A stretch of DNA of 64,000 bases, taken from the NCBI RefSeq assembly GCF_036365525.1, contig NC_090373.1, positions 119,713,909-119,777,908 on the forward strand, written 5' to 3'. The notes beneath the pieces were generated by a model that did not search any database, had not been told where the DNA came from, and worked only from the letters and a program-made list of their open reading frames with translations. The translations under genes and the position numbers were made by a program. This stretch comes from Heterodontus francisci. Lineage: Eukaryota. Below, one piece after another: positions 62,130-64,000 of this stretch. Numbering within the stretch: position 1 is the first letter of the stretch; every line of letters starts with the position of its first letter.

Positions 62130-62410
62130 GGATGGCTTTAAGATAATTGGCAAAAGAACCAGAGGGGAGTTGAGGAGAAATTACTATACTCAGTGAGTTG
62201 TGATGATCTGGAACACACTGTCTGAAAGGGTGGTGGATATAGATTCAACAGTACTTTCAAAAGGGAATCGGATATTTACTTGAAAAAGAAAAAAAAATGC
62301 AGGTCTACAGGGAAAGAGGAGGGGAGTTGTACTAATTGGATAACTCATTCAAAGAGCTGGCACAAGTACAATAAACTTAATGGCCTCCTTCTGTGCTGTG
62401 TGAATATGAT
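62130..62410 (+). mobile_element. CR1 3' fragment
   Basis: Reads WNTLSERVVD, with tail TGGCCTCCTTCTGTGCTGT. Confidence 0.75.
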
Positions 62411-62480
62411 TTTATATTAAATTTATTAAAATAAGTGGTAAAAATGCAGTATTCACTTTAAGATTTTTTCCCCCTTTCAG

Positions 62481-62519
62481 AGTATGCTCCTAGAACTTTC
62501 TTCCATCATGAAAAAATGA
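62481..62519 (+). CDS. GJA10: GJA10 terminal coding exon (SMLLELSSIMKK*)
   Basis: Strong ttttttccccctttcAG acceptor, phase 0. The peptide equals the 12-aa spliced C-terminus I recall for mouse Cx57. Confidence 0.9.
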   Translation, partial: SMLLELSSIMKK

Positions 62520-62795
62520 GATGATTCGACTCATAGGAAAGGTGTTGTAATCTACGATTGCATTACAGACTTCCAGCAAATGAAGTTCCAAAGTAAAGCA
62601 ACAGAAAAGCAATTTTCCAAGTCACAAATACTGATACACAAAAGCGTTAATGATAATTTATTCTTGCAGATTTGCTTAGTTTTTAATGTATGAAATAATT
62701 TATCAGATTCACACCATTTGCTTGCCTTTAACTCTGCTCAGTAAAACAACCTACTTTATAAGTCTGTATAATTTAAGTTGCAAATTGCTTGATGC

Positions 62796-62801
62796 AATAA
62801 A
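62796..62801 (+). terminator. Candidate GJA10 polyadenylation signal
   Basis: AATAAA ~280 nt after the stop codon, with a second AATAAA ~12 nt further on. Confidence 0.4.
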
Positions 62802-64000
62802 CGGCAAAATAAAATTGGCAAATTTAGCAGTTCTTTTTTATATTTAGTCAGCGCAAATCTCATTAATTACAACAGACATTTCCAAATCCTGGCCTTTAGT
62901 CTTGTTCAAAATTGAAAAAGAGAAACTCCCATTAAAGCAAATCAAAGTAATTTTTAAAAATTGCTGTTGAAGATGAGAGGCTATTTTCGGCTCGAACGCT
63001 ATTCTATGGTGTTTATAGCCTGGAACCCATGCAATTTTCATGGTCGGTCCTGTTTTGATTCAGATCACCAAGTTGCCAACGTGAAACACACTTCCAATGC
63101 TTGTTGATTAGGAAGGAGTGAAATCCAGCGGCTGGTTAAAGGTCTGCGGCAACACTTTGAAGTTGAAATGTATTTTTATCAATGGGGGCAGAGATCAGCG
63201 AGATTGAACGGTAGCAAACAACATTCCAACAAGGCTCCGAGGCCAGTGGAGGAGATGCTGATAAAATAGTGACCGACAGGAAGACAGTCCGTCTTCCTAC
63301 AAATGGGAGACATATCTTGTGACCAAGCAGTGGAGTGAGTGATATGATAGAAAAAGTAGTTGATCTATTGATAGCCAATGAAAATGCATTTTATAAGAAT
63401 GTACTTTGAAGACATTTGGAAAAAAAATTGACGTTATGGTCCTTGGCAGTTCAGTCTGTGAGGCGCAGCTAGTTATTGCATCCATCAAGCGTGTAATTTT
63501 TTTCAGAAATATCGATCAAGTGGCCTTTGATTCCCTGGTCTGGACCTACTGCTGGGGCAACTCCTGCTCCGTTAGGATGACATGGAGTGTTATATTCATG
63601 GGGAACCCATCCCTTGTTTGAAGTCATTTTGGGAGTGGGTTTGGGAAGTCGGGAGCCGTGTGACCCTTTGCTGGGAAGAAAGGAACTGACTATGGTAAAG
63701 TGCAGGTGTCTGGGATTAAAACATGTAAAGGAAGGGAGTAAATAAAAGTTGTCCAGAAGCCTGTAATCAGTTAAGTGAAGTTGGCACCTTTAGCTTCTCA
63801 CTTACACTCACTGCTAGGGGGAGCTGTTCGACCAGTTTTTGAATGGGTGTAAAGTTGCAGTGATTACAAGAGCGGCGTAAGCCCAGGAAACTTCCATGTT
63901 CTTACTCAATGCAGCTATGCAAATGAGCCCTGAAGATTTGCACTGTTAAAAGAACGAGGAAATTTGCGTTTAGCGCAGAAGCAACGTATCGTACTGAAAT

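Noticed and set aside
63100-64000. Possible old LINE or DNA-transposon remnants
   Set aside because: Too decayed to assign a family or boundaries by eye.

Overview
Vertebrate nuclear DNA, very probably from a cartilaginous fish (shark), judged from its repeat landscape: CR1 LINEs, HE1-type V-SINEs, DeuSINEs and Penelope-like elements. Two spliced genes lie on the + strand. The first is a CIB-family (CIB4-like) EF-hand gene with six coding exons at 2835-50728; its exon 1 lies upstream of the window. The second is a GJA10 (Cx57/Cx62-type) connexin with three coding exons (56485-57406, 59573-60123, 62481-62519; 503 aa), including an extra intron in the C-terminal tail. The introns are packed with nested transposons: CR1, RTE, L2-like remnants, Penelope-like elements carrying minimal hammerhead ribozymes, PIF/Harbinger, hAT MITEs and a solo LTR. 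The most striking signal is a ~3.3 kb non-LTR retrotransposon family, present as two near-full-length copies and several fragments. It has a tRNA-derived A-box/B-box head plus a SINE-like core fused directly to a single APE-RT ORF with no ORF1, and its sense strand is almost free of TTTT runs. This points to an autonomous, RNA-polymerase-III-transcribed 'SINE-headed LINE'. Family names are from recall of known families, not from database searches.
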